Below are positions 47,991-60,196 of a stretch of 64,000 bases of DNA, piece by piece. Source of the stretch: Heteronotia binoei (taxonomy: Eukaryota). The stretch is taken from assembly GCF_032191835.1 (NCBI RefSeq), contig NC_083225.1, forward strand, positions 70,804,001 to 70,868,000, written 5' to 3'. How positions within the stretch are numbered: the first letter of the stretch is position 1; each line of letters starts with the position of its first letter. Made by a program: the position numbers and the translations under genes. Below the pieces are notes generated by a model. That model saw only the letters and a program-made list of their open reading frames with translations, had not been told where the DNA came from and made no database searches.

Positions 47991-50278
47991 CTGTGTATCA
48001 TGCAGGGGGGTCCATTCTATACACTTTTAAATCTGTGCCTGACATTTCTCCCTGTGATGACCTCAACCACTTCCCAGACACTGGCCTGAGACCTTCACAG
48101 CTGTTTCTATAGGGAGAATTTTGCCTCCATTTTTCTCTCCCTTTCTGTGTAGCCCTTTTTACCTAGTTTCTTCTTCTCTGAAGATCTATGGCTGTCCCAC
48201 CCTGTCACAATACAATATTTTGCTGCTGGTTCAGCCCAGAAACCTGAGTGAAGGGACAAGATTACTCCTTTAATTTAAATTACTGAAATGGCACATGAGA
48301 GGATTTTAAAGTTCAAAAATAACAAAATATTTTATTTAACATAACAGGGGAAAGCTGCTGTAGCAGGAGTCTATGGAATGGCTCTGGGACAAGCCAGCAA
48401 CACCAAATTTACAGGGAAACTTCACCTGGGCAGATCCCCCTCAGCAAGATTGGAAATCCCCCAGCTCCTCAACAATCTCTCCAAGTTGGGGGCAGATTTC
48501 ATTTCTGAGATCCCAGTTAAGGACCTCCCCCCCCCCAAAAAAAGGTCTCCCCAGTCTTTCCAAAGATACATTTGCAGCCAATGGGCAGAAGGATGGGCAA
48601 GTACACAGGGCAGCAGATGGATGGAGGAAAGGAGGCAGGAAGAGGTTCAGGTTTCACCTGTAACCAGATCAGGTCAGCTGGATCAGTAAAACCAGATCAG
48701 ATCAGTAGGAACCAGTGGACCAATTAAATATCTGTACCAAACCTCTTATATGGCATGCTTATTAAACAGCTTTTCTAAATTTATAGGAGAGGCCACTTAA
48801 AAGTTGTCCTAACAAAAATTTAGGTTAGCTCTAATGGGATTACATCTGAGATTAATTCAGTTCACAATGTTCAAAGCCTGTAGGCAATTCAAATTTTCTA
48901 CAAATTGTTCCAATTAGCTGAATTTACACCTTTCTTCATGAAATTATGTCTCAGGTATGCCATACTTTTATTTCTTGCAGACAGGCCAAACAGCTGATGT
49001 GTAACTCAACAAATGTCTGTCCTGCGCATACACACTGCAGTTACCTTGGGACATAGCTATGTGTAAACAAGTAATATAGGAAGCAGGATGTTGGCAGCAC
49101 AGACAGCTGGGGGGGCAATAAGCTTCTGTTTTAAGATTAAATAAAATTGATTAGATAAAACATGAAGTGCAAAGAAATCGATTAGTGCGCACAGAGGAAA
49201 TAAGGACAGGAAGTAAATGTGATGGACTTTGATTCTGGTGGGTAGCTGTGTTGGTTTGAAGAAGTAGAACAAAGTATGGATCCAATGGCATGTTTATTAC
49301 ATTATTTATTAATATAGCGGGACTGTATTTCCTACCAGAAAAAGAGCCACTTAAATTGGAGGGTAACATTAGGCCAAAGGAATGGTTCAAAGTTTGCTGA
49401 CCAGTATGATAATATGCAGGCCAAATGCTAGATCTTGAACATGAAACCAGGTCAAGACCATTGGTGATGGTCATTATGGAAGGAAAACAATATAGATTAC
49501 ATTTCCAAACATATTTTTACTACTGTGCATCTAATGATCCTATGAAGCAGCTCTTCACCTGTGCCTTAGTATTTCATTCAAAGTAGCCCATTCTTTACTC
49601 AGACAGATCAAACAAAACCACAGTTCTTAACAAATAAAGAATAGAAATAGGTCAGCATTAAATCAGAATCACAACAGACAAGGCAGAAGCTATACAAATT
49701 CTAACTCTCCCTAATGCTGTAAAGCTACTACTGAATCTACCCATTGTCAATGTATGCCATTAATAGCCCAAAGGGCACCACATTTTGTCTGTAGCCCCTG
49801 TCCCAAGAGTCTGCTTCTAACTGTGCCTGCTCTAGTTTTAGAAACACCATCACTTCAAACAACAGTCTTTACTATAATTAATTTCTGTTATAATCTATTT
49901 GGGGGGGGGGTCCACCACCAGGGTTCCACTCTTGCAACCAGTCATCTGGATTCAGAGTACACTTAATATAAGTCTTACAGCCATCTGACAAGGCATCTGG
50001 GACCATCTGAATATGTTTAAGATAGTGGGGGATATGGTTGCCTATCTAGGTTGGGAAGATCCTAGAGATTTGGGAAGTGAGCCTGGGGACAGCTGGTCCT
50101 CAAGTTATGCCACTTAAAGTCCCTGACAAATTCAGTAGAAAGAAAGGGACTGCAAAGGAAGGACCAAGCTGTGAGAGTGTTCAGGAAGAAATGGGCACAC
50201 AGGGTCACATTAGGTGTGCACCAAACGGTGATGATACTGCTGCAGGTTCATAGATCTCTGTCTCTTTCTTTGTTTCAG

Positions 50279-50332
50279 ATCTCAGCTGGTAAACAGCTTG
50301 CTCTGCTTAGTCCAAGTACTAGCATGCAACAA
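50279..50332 (+). CDS. Candidate internal exon of an unidentified gene (54 nt)
   Basis: Strong acceptor tctctgtctctttctttgtttcag and donor CAA|gtgagt; open as ISAGKQLALLSPSTSMQQ (phase 0) or SQLVNSLLCLVQVLACN (phase 2). Confidence 0.35.
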
Positions 50333-51413
50333 GTGAGTAATTTCCCAATGTTGTTTCTTAGCAAACTGCTCTCCATTATTCACATCATGAATGCAAGCCT
50401 CACAAAAGTAAGAAATTTGCTCCAACTAGCAGCAAATTAAATACATTTCCTATTAAAAAGACCAACTTAACATGATGGGAATGATTAAATGGCATGCTAC
50501 TGAGGATCATTTAAATAAAGTTCAAACCCCTACATGCCCATTCAGCATAAAAGTCAGGATTAATAGCTGGAGAATGTCATTATCAACATTTGGTCCTTAA
50601 TCTTGAAGCCCTGAAGTGCAATTGCCACTCAGAGAAGTGACTATATAAAGTGACATTTGGCACCGCTTTATTAAATTCAGATCAGGTTTGTTTAGTTTAC
50701 TGTTCAGAATATTTTTAAAATGTCATCTATATAAGTTTCTACAGAGACCTAAAATCCAAAAACTCTCATTTGTCATGCATCATTACCATAAATCATAGGG
50801 TTATCATTGTCTCCCAGTTAAATAAGCCTTGGTGACTTAATTGTTTAAGTTTGAACTGATTAAACAACTAAGTCTGCATAAATTTGAATGTGCATTAAAA
50901 GCAGCATTCTAAATAAAGAACATACATCATACATGATCAATACATGTATCAGAGCAGGCACCATCTGTATAAACATATGAAGCTGCCTTAATCTGAGTCA
51001 GAGCATTGGTCCATCTAGCTCAGTATTGTTTATCTATGCATCCTCTATTTCAGGCACATATGCGATTTTTTTTCTATCACTTGCTACCTGAGATCCTTTA
51101 AGAAGTCACCAAGATTGAACCTTCAGACATTCTGTAAGCAGAGCATTATCACTGAACAATGGCCTTTTTCCTAAAGCCATATGACATAATCATCCTTGAA
51201 ATGCCTATTCCAAGATGGCAGCAATTGCTAATTTTTATTACAGATTTAAAAATCAGGCCAGATTAATAAAGGCTAATACCTTTTTAATCATCAAAATATT
51301 TCAATTAATCTGACAGACTAAACACTGCAACTCTGCTGTAGTTATTCTGTTAGCTCTATGTGAATTCACCTGCACATTCTCTGCTGTGTGTGTACTTCCA
51401 GTAGGGTTCACCA

Positions 51414-51560
51414 AGTCACCTGCCTAAAGCCTTCTGAAAGAACCACCCTAGAAATGTGCTAGATTGACAGCTGAGCTGCCCACACATGAGTTTTCCCTGT
51501 TGTGGCTCCCACTTGTGGAATGGTTTACCTGAGGAGGTCAGGAAAATTCTTACACTTCTG
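51414..51560 (-). mobile_element. Old L2 3' fragment
   Basis: aagtcacctgcctaaagccttctgaaag...ccacttgtggaatggtttacctgaggaggtcagg resembles the reverse complement of the L2 LWN.LP.EVR region. Confidence 0.5.
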
Positions 51561-52244
51561 TCATTCTGCATACTATATAAAAAAGAATTGTTAAGGAAAT
51601 AATTTCTATATCGAGAATAAAGCTGTAGTACAGTGGAATAGATGGCACTTTTATAAAGGGAACAGGACTGTAGTCTGTTCCACTGTTTATTGTATGCATT
51701 ATTTTGCTCCTGGTACAATGTTTTCGACATTCCATTTTTACACTATTAATGGCATTTCATATATGATTTGGGGAGCATTGTTTCTAATTTTTGTGATCCT
51801 AGTTTTGCTGGCTGTCTCATACTATTGGATTGCACTGTCTTGAGTCTCAACAAGAAAGGCAGGCTAGAAATAAATTAAATAAAAATAAATGAAAGCTGGG
51901 AATGCTGAATAAACAAAACATGAGTGGCTTTACAAGGATAGCCCATATTTTCTGCTTCTCTTAAGCAGAATTACTCAGCTGAATACTATTACAAGGTTGG
52001 ATTCAACAACTAGGGTGGAAATAATTTCATGCTTGAACATGGAGTCTGTCAAAAATCCTAAAATCTTTTTACTGAACTCATATGGAAGGCAACAATGATC
52101 AAAAATCATTGAAGGCCATCTCACCTATTTTATATCCTATGTGGAAGAGAGAAATAAAATCACTGAATTCGTGTTCCTCCATCAAGTCAATCTCATGTTT
52201 CTGGCACTAAAGTAACCTATGTACAGAAAAGCTGCTACTGTTAT

Positions 52245-52438
52245 GCAGGGCTTTTTATGTAGAAAAAGCCCAACAGAAACTCATTTGCATATTAGGCCAT
52301 ACCCCTGATTGTGTGCTGCTACTGTTATGCAGGGCTTTTTATGTAGAAAAAACCCAGCAGAAACTCATCTGCATATCAGGCCACACCTCCTGCCATCAAG
52401 CCAGCTGGAACTGGGTTCCTGCTAAAAAAAAGCCCTGC
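52245..52438. mobile_element. hAT MITE with a tandemly duplicated left end (~83-bp period)
   Basis: gctgctactgttatgcagggctttttatgtagaaaaa...ctcat(t/c)tgcatat occurs twice (from ~52231 and ~52314); right TIR aaaaaaagccctg; TSD ctgttatg/ctattatg. Confidence 0.75.
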
Positions 52439-53067
52439 TATTATGAAGGGGAGGATGACACATTTCCCCACTTTGCTGTCCAAGAGACTGTAGGGAACAG
52501 GATTACATTCTTGTAATAAAACAAGAGCTAAGATTCATTTCTAGCAATCTGTTATTAAATAACATTTTTAAAAGAAAATCCTATTGATTTGAGGAAAATA
52601 TATAAATTTACTAATAATCATAGTAATTGGAATCAAACTAGGCTATATTTCTTACTTGTATAATGAAATGTAATTTGTGTTTGAAAAACCTTTGTTTGAG
52701 AAACGTGTATGTTTTATGTAATCCTCTACAGAGTTATTCTACTCTATTGATTTCAATGAGTTTAAAGCAATTCTGCATACAAAAGGACTATCAACCTCCA
52801 GGTGATACAAATAAAAAATACACTGTTCCGGACACAAGAAGAAACAATTTAGTAATAAGCAGTAATTTGTTTACAAATATAAAATGTACAAATCCCAGAT
52901 ATAAAGTATGGACTGCAGTGGGTCAGTCCAGTACACCATTTCCTATCTTCCTCAGGTCCAAGGATGAATAGATTGAATCAAATGAATCCCTTCCCAAAAT
53001 AAATTCTGGTTATGGCCCTGCTCCTCCCCCCACCTTTTAATGACAGAATCAAGCTTGGAATACTATG

Positions 53068-53080
53068 GTTGCCTAGCAAC
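53068..53080. promoter_or_regulatory. RFX X-box motif
   Basis: GTTGCCTAGCAAC fits the RFX consensus GTNRCC(N0-3)RGYAAC, in apparently non-repetitive, locally GC-richer sequence. Confidence 0.35.
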
Positions 53081-54342
53081 AGCCACTGAGGGACAATGGA
53101 GGACTCAGCAGGACAGGCTAATAGTCAGCTTCCCCAGTGGCCCAATCTTCATCTGCCCTGGGTCTGGAGGGACTGAGTGACACGCAGCTCAGCCATAGGG
53201 AGGGTAGATGAGTTGTCACCAGTACTGCTTGGCTTTTATATGTATAGGATGTTTTCCTGGTGCTTTCTTTCTAACCAAGATCACCTACACTAGGAGGCAG
53301 TAATAATTATTTCCTCTTGTTTTCTACTCAAAACTACTCCTATAGAAAGGAAACAGCAGGTATGGGGCTTATGCAGTTCTTTCCCTTCACCTTGCAGTGC
53401 CTTTGTTTAAAATACTTTGTATTTATTTATAAATAAGAAAAGGCAGCACAAACTACATTTCTCACTCCCAGTTAGGCATCACCTACCCTTAACTTTTTTT
53501 TAATAGCCTCATTTTGTGTCAGCAGTCAGCATCTGACTTACCAGTATATCCTCAGATATTATTTCTAAGCCAACACCTAACAGGGGGGAAATCAGAGCAA
53601 GATGGAGTCAGAGGAATACAAAGTCACCAACACCAATGAAGACTGTTCTTATGACAAAAAGTGTCTCCAGAAACTAGAAATGAGTCATGAGGCATGCTTT
53701 TAAATGCTGCTTGCAATAAGTGGTGGGGTGTGTGTGTGCCTGAACTCCAAGGGGCAAATTTGCTGCTAGAGTTCAGGGGCATGTGGCCCCTGTTTCTTGC
53801 AAGCCGCATTTTCAGGATCCTTTAAAATGCTATTTACAAAAAAGGGGGCAGCGTGCGCCTGAACTCCAATGGCAAAATGCTGTTTGCAAGGACCCCTGAA
53901 AATGCCGTTTGCAAGCTGTGGGGGGTGCAGCATTCCATTGGTGAACTGGCTGGTTGGAGTTCAGGCATGTGGGACACCCAGACACAATGATGTCATTTCT
54001 GCATGATGTTGTCACATTGGGGACATCCCCGCCCCCTCCAGGAACAGCTTCCAAAGTCCCCCACCAGAGAGGAGGCAGGACCTGGCATCTCCCCAGCCAC
54101 CATTTCCAATGATGGAAGAGGTTTGGTGAGGATTGAATTTACGAGGTCTAAATTATAGCTCCCCAAAGCAGGTGCCCCCAGGAAAGTGCTTTCTGTGGAA
54201 ATGACTGCCTGCCATACAGGGCTGGCCTACCATATCTGGTGCCCTAGGCAAAGCTAATTTCTGGTACCCCACCCCCCTCCCCACACTTATTATCAGTTTA
54301 TAAAAACAGAGGAATTGTGGGGAAAATGAAAAGCACAAAACA

Positions 54343-54565
54343 TGAACTTGCTCCCTGACCTGGATAGCCCAGCCAAGCCTGATCTTGTCAGATCTCAGAA
54401 GCTGAGCAGCGCCAACGCCAGCAAGTATTTGGATGGAAGACCTCCTTGAAATAACAAAGTTGGGAGGGCAGGTCTATTCAGCCACCTCTCTGAATATTCT
54501 CCAGGCCTCCAGTAGAGGTCAGTCACCAGAAGTTGACATGACTTCCAGATGTGCACACACACACA
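54343..54565 (+). mobile_element. 5S rRNA-derived SINE
   Basis: gcctgatcttgtcagatctcagaagctgagcag...agtatttggatggaagacc (5S A/IE/C boxes) with an RTE/Sauria-like tail gtcaccagaagttgacatgacttc(ac)n; a further body fragment at ~55930-56050. Confidence 0.75.
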
Positions 54566-55405
54566 CAAAATACCAAAGAAACCAACTTGAAATTGCTATT
54601 TTTTTAAAAAAAATAATTAGGAGAATAAGTAATACAACAGTCTTTCTTTTTTTTCTCTCAAACAGAAAACTGTTTTAGCACACAAATCACAAGGTGCTGG
54701 TGGACTTAATATTTCCTGTAACTTGGGATCCTAAACAAACTTATATAGAAGCAAACACTCCAGAAATTAATGAGTCTCTCTTCCAACTTGGTTAGGAACA
54801 GACCGCCAGGCATTTCAAAGGAGACAGATCAATATGGATTAAATTACCTTCAGTGGGGCTAGATCTGTGTAAACCCCTGTTTGCTGAACAACACAAGCAA
54901 TGGGTCACTCTGCTTTGTGGGATTTAGGAGCATCCATTAAAACATCCATTTATCCCTCCCTCCCTCCCAGCTATCCATCCATCCATCCGTCCATCTTCAT
55001 GCACTCACACACCCAAAGCCTGAAGAGAAAATGTTATTGACACTCACACATGAAGAGTCATCTGAGCAACATATACAGCCAGAGAGGAGACTGTCGGTGA
55101 AACAGTTAGAGGGCAGAGACAGCCACTGACTCACACAGCATGGAGAGAATCAACATCTGCATACACACAAAAAGAGAGAGAGAGCGCCACTGATACAGAA
55201 ACTCAAGGCAGGGTGGATATATAACCCCTGGCACACATACACTAACATAATTATCAGCAAGAAGAGACGGACACTGACGTAGTCTAAGAAGAAAAGAGGA
55301 TCACTGACAGTATGTACAGTCAAAAGGGAGAAACAACAGCTAGTACATACAAGCTTCTTCTAGCTCACACCAGGTGGCATTAGTTAGGACAGACACACTG
55401 TCTGC

Positions 55406-55580
55406 ATTATTACCTAAGCAGGGGTCGTTTTGTAGAAAAATAGGTGGTGGAGCTCATCCAGGGATTGCTATGCAGCTGCACCTACTATTCAATGGAAAAG
55501 ATGGGAAGGAGGAGGTGGAACTCTCAGAAAGGTTCAGAAGCTGTGCTCCTGTGAGCTTCCACTGAATCTGAGACCTGCAC
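55406..55580. mobile_element. hAT-type MITE
   Basis: Starts caggggtcgttttgtagaaaaa and ends gagacctg; related to ~46980-47045. Confidence 0.5.
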
Positions 55581-57302
55581 CTAAGCACCCCCAGGAAAAA
55601 GTTTAATGCCCCCCCTTGCTTAATCCCATCCCATCCATTTTTCTTGCTCATTATTTCCCAATCAATTAAATAGGAACCTTGCTAATTAACAACCTTGCTG
55701 AGCACTGTCAGAAACCCAACTACGCCACCGGGATGAGCTGCTTCAGTACCACCAGCAGTCAGGAAAGGGAGACCATAGTCACTCTGATGCTGCAGAGGTC
55801 AAGCACGTCTCTTGATTGGGTGAGGAGGCTCTTGGAAAGTGGGCAAACCTAATCAGAAAGAGACTTGCAGGATTGAACTCCTGCTCATCTGAGCGTGTCA
55901 GTTCTCAGTGGAGCTCAGCACAGTCAGCTCTGGCTGGTACTTGGTGGGGGAAGGGGTTGACCTCCAAGGAAGCCCTGGGTGGCTATGCACAGAGGCAGGC
56001 AACAGCCAACCCCCTTGCAAGGACTCTTACCTTGGAAACTATGCGGGAGGGGGGGCGGCACAGGGCAGCAGCTGGGACTTGACATACACACACATCCGGC
56101 AGGACAGTCTCTTATTCTGGCAACCCCATCACTGCTGCCCAGACACTCCGTGCTCAGTGGACCCCACCTGGCACTCAAGGATAAAATGAAGAAGAGAAGA
56201 ATGATGTAAGCTGCTTCGGGTCTTTACCGGGGAGAAAGATGGGATATAACTTAAGTAAATAGATGACACAAAAATGTGTGAACATTTGAGGTTCACTGAT
56301 GAAGAATTCTGGAGAAAGCTTGATCAATATTGGGAGTCATTTGGGTTGACCCTAATAAAAAGTATAATGTTTTTGCATCCTAGATGTGGACTGTCACCTA
56401 GTTCAAAGCTTCCTTCTTTCCTTGCAGCTCTCAAACATCTGACATTTATTCTATGTGGCTCTTATGTTAAGCAAGTTTGGCCACCCCTGCTTTATAGTCA
56501 TTAGCAGACCATGTTAAAAGGCTAGGAGTCCTGGTTAGTGTGATGCTGAATATCTGAAAGACATCAGTCTCTGTGAACCCACATGCCATCAGTGTGCTCC
56601 TAAGATCAATCCTGATTAGTGGTGCCTTCCCTGAGAGTGACAGAGCTGGCAGCCAGATGCTCATGAACTTTTTCTATACTGGCTCCACTTCTGTGGAATA
56701 AGCTTTTTGTGGAGCTAATAAGGATCACATTGCTGTTGGTCTTCAGAAGGACAAAATTGTTTTGTTTCTGTGGACGTTTTAAATGAAGGGCGGGGTTTTG
56801 TGTGTTTTGACACCTGACAGATTTTATGTAAGATGTCTTTAGAAATATGTTACTGATTGCCTTAGGAGAACAGGTAGGATATAAATGTTTTAAAATACAA
56901 ATAGAAAGTACTCTGTAGTACATAAAATACTCTCACCTGAATATGAGGCACCTTTTACAAGAAATGGGGCACATGTGACCCATACCAATATGAGAACCAA
57001 TGTTCAGTTCAGTTTTAGAGAACCTCCTTCCTATAGAATATGTATGCATGCTTACCTTTAAATAGGATGCATATCTGTTGAAGGTTATTTCTACTTGCAG
57101 TTGCAATCACGTTAGTTAAATAATCACAAAATGGTTGATGCTCCCTGTTCCACACTTTCTTTCCAGTGCATGCCAGATATAGTGAATTCTGTTCTTTGTT
57201 AGTCACTATATGCTAACTATTCATCTTCAACATGAAATGTAAGCATATTCTCATATATATGGCATATGCTAAATTTTAAAATAACTTTCCCAGTCCCTAC
57301 CA

Positions 57303-57929
57303 GCCATAGAGTCATAAAGTTGAAAGGGACCTCCAGGGTCATCTAGTCCAACCCTTTGCACAATGCAGGAAATTCACAAATACCTCCCTCTAAGTTCACA
57401 GGATCAGCATTGCTGTCAGATGGCCATCTAGCCTCTATTTAAAAACCTCCAAGGAAGGAGATCCCACCACCTCCCAAGGAAAGCTGTTCTACTGAGGAAT
57501 TGCTCTGTTAGGAAGTTCTTCCTAATGTTGAGCCAGAAACTCTTGATTTAATTTCAACCCATTGGTTCTGGTCCTACCTTCTGGGGCCACAGAAAACAAT
57601 TCCACACCATCCTCCATATAATAGCCCTTCAAGTCCTTGAAGATGGTGATCATATCACCTCTCAGCCTCCTCCTCTCCAGGCTAAACACGCCCAGCTCCT
57701 TCAATCTTTCTTCATAGGTCTTGGTCTCTGGACTCCTCGCCATCTTCGTCGCTCTCCTCTGGACCCATTCCAGCTTGTCTATATCCTTCTTAAAATGCGG
57801 TGCCCAAAACTGAACACAATACTCCAGATGAGATCTTACCAGAGCAGAGTAAAGCGATACTATCACTTCATGTGATCTGGACACTATACTTCTATTGATA
57901 CAGCCCACTATTGCATTTGCCTTTTTAGC
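57303..57929 (-). mobile_element. CR1 LINE 3' fragment (RT C-terminus and 3' UTR)
   Basis: [63 protein letters not shown]...[12 protein letters not shown], canonical CR1. Confidence 0.93.
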
Positions 57930-59531
57930 CACCGGTGACTGCAGGCTGCAGTGGGGGCCACGGGCAGTGGGGTGGGTGCTCCAACTCTTGAGATAATTTG
58001 TGAGGGCCCCCCCCCCAAGATTTCAACTGCCTAGGGGCCTGCACAAGGTTTAATCTGGCCCTGGCTGCCATCAAAGAGGATCTCACCTGGAAGTTTCTCT
58101 GTATGCCCTCCAAGTTCCATCTCTCCTGTTGCTTTGAAGCTTGGTAAACATTTAGATTGAGCAGAGATATCCATTCACAAACCACCGCAACAGCTAGAAA
58201 GTCTGTGGAAAGTTCATGCTGATTGACCTGCCATGAACTTCACTTTGCAAACCATGAACTGGTCAAAATTTGTCACAAACTTTACTTCGTGAGCTAGTTC
58301 ATGTTCATCTCTAGTCATATTATTCACTAAATCACACATGATGATTCACTGTCAGCCACCTATATTTTCTTGGAGATTTAACTACTGTAGTGTTCTATGT
58401 ACCCTACATCAACATAGATGTGGCAATACATACTAATACATATAGTGTATTAAAATGATGTGAATGTAATTTGTCCTTATTCTGAAGATTTCACTGGGAG
58501 GGGGGAGAAAAACATTATTCAATCTTTTATTTTTCCAGTATGACAGTTCCAAGACTTATGCAAGTGTTGTATTTACATGATGGTGTTATAAATGTTACCA
58601 GCCAAAATAATCTGTTTTACACTGCTTATAAATGTCAAAAACCATGTTAAAATATACTAATGTTTTATCTGAAAATTGTTAGTACATTTTTATTTTCTTC
58701 CAAGGCAATTTGAACATTTAGTGTTCTGATTACAAATAGCAGGCACAAGGAACCCCTAGGCATCCATCTTTTAAGAACTTTCTCAAAAAATGTGTTAAAT
58801 GAGAATATAACCAGAAACAGCACAAGACACCAACATCAAAATTTATCATCTATAAAAATGATTGAAAAGCACTATTAAATGAGTGGTTTTTATTTGGAAA
58901 GTTAGGAATAATTATGAGTACCCCTACACCACGGGTCTCCAAATTTTTTGAGCCTGTGGGATTGTGACACAAACACAAAATGCCTGCCAGAAGAATCAGG
59001 ACCAACCACAATGCTTACTTTTGTTTAACATTTTATTTCAAAAATTTACATCCTATTTCTTTCTATGAACAAAGCAAACCACAAGTATGGGATACTTTAA
59101 CTATAACAAATATACACAATTAAACTGTGCTGTTAAGGCAGTGTTCAAAGCCAGAGAGTCATTGCAGTTTATTCTGTTTTATCAGAAACAAGAGGGCTGG
59201 TATGTAATAACCTGTTTCCAAAGCAGGAGCCTTCTCACCCTACTTTCAGCCCTCTAGCCTCCCCCCTTAAACCAGCCAGCCTCCTTCCTCCTGAGCACTG
59301 CTGCTCAAGAGGGAAAGAAGACAACTGGCTTGGGGAGGAAGGCTTTACCTCCCTCCTTCAAGCTAGTTAACCTCTCTTCCACCCAGGTGATGTTGCTCAT
59401 GAATTTTCTGAAACAAAAAAAGCACACCTTTTAGACTACATGCTGGTGGCAGAATGGAAGTGAATGGAAGGAAGAGCTCTTTATAACTCAAGTCACTGAC
59501 ATATCTACTGTTCGTTAGTTTTATCCCAACC

Positions 59532-60196
59532 TAGGCTTGCCAATCCCCAGGTCCCAGTGGGGATTCTTCCACTTTCCCATGCTCCTTCCCGCCCCCAGTC
59601 AGCTGGTCGGCGAGGGGAAGCCCCACCCCCAGAGGACCATGTGCCTTTTCACCTCCGGAGGCTTCAGTCTCTGATTGAAAGGCTTCCTCTTGGGATGGTG
59701 TGTCTGTGTTACTTTGAAGAAGTTGGCAGCAACTCGTGAGTAGAGAGGCCAATCCCTCACTTCAGAGTCGCCAGAAACGGGGAGGGGGGGAAACGTCTGC
59801 TGAGCACTTCATTATTCCCTATGTGGAGATCGATTCTCATAGGGTATAATGGGGAATTGATCTGGAGGTTTCAGGGGCTCTTGGGGAGCTGTTTTTTGAG
59901 GTAGATGCACCAAATTTTCAGTATAGTATCTAGTTCCTCTCCCCAAAGTACCCCCCAAGTTTCAAAACGATTGGACCAGGGGGTCCAATTCTATGAGCCC
60001 AAAAGAAGGTGACCCTATCCGTCATTATTTCCTATGGAAGGAAGACATTTTAAAAGGTGTGCTGTCCCTTTAAATGTGAACTTCCTTGCAGTTCAATTAT
60101 GCTTGTCACACCCTTGCTCCTGGCTCCGCCCCCAATGTCTCCTGGCTCCACCTCCAAAGTCCCCAGATATTTCTTGAATTGGACTTGGCAACCCTA
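59532..60196. mobile_element. hAT (Tip100-like) MITE, 665 bp
   Basis: TIRs TAGGCTTGCCA...TGGCAACCCTA; perfect TSD tcccaacc (59524-59531 and 60197-60204). Confidence 0.92.

Noticed and set aside
48203-48740. Possible reverse-oriented solo LTR starting TGTCACAA
   Set aside because: No matching terminus or TSD found
54343-54450. 5S rRNA gene (also 3900-3990)
   Set aside because: Diverged, lacks the 5S ends and is fused to a SINE body and tail
54854-54889. 36-nt minus-strand micro-exon candidate (QTGVYTDLAPLK), and a similar one near 49030-49090
   Set aside because: Motifs this short are expected by chance in 64 kb; no supporting partner exons
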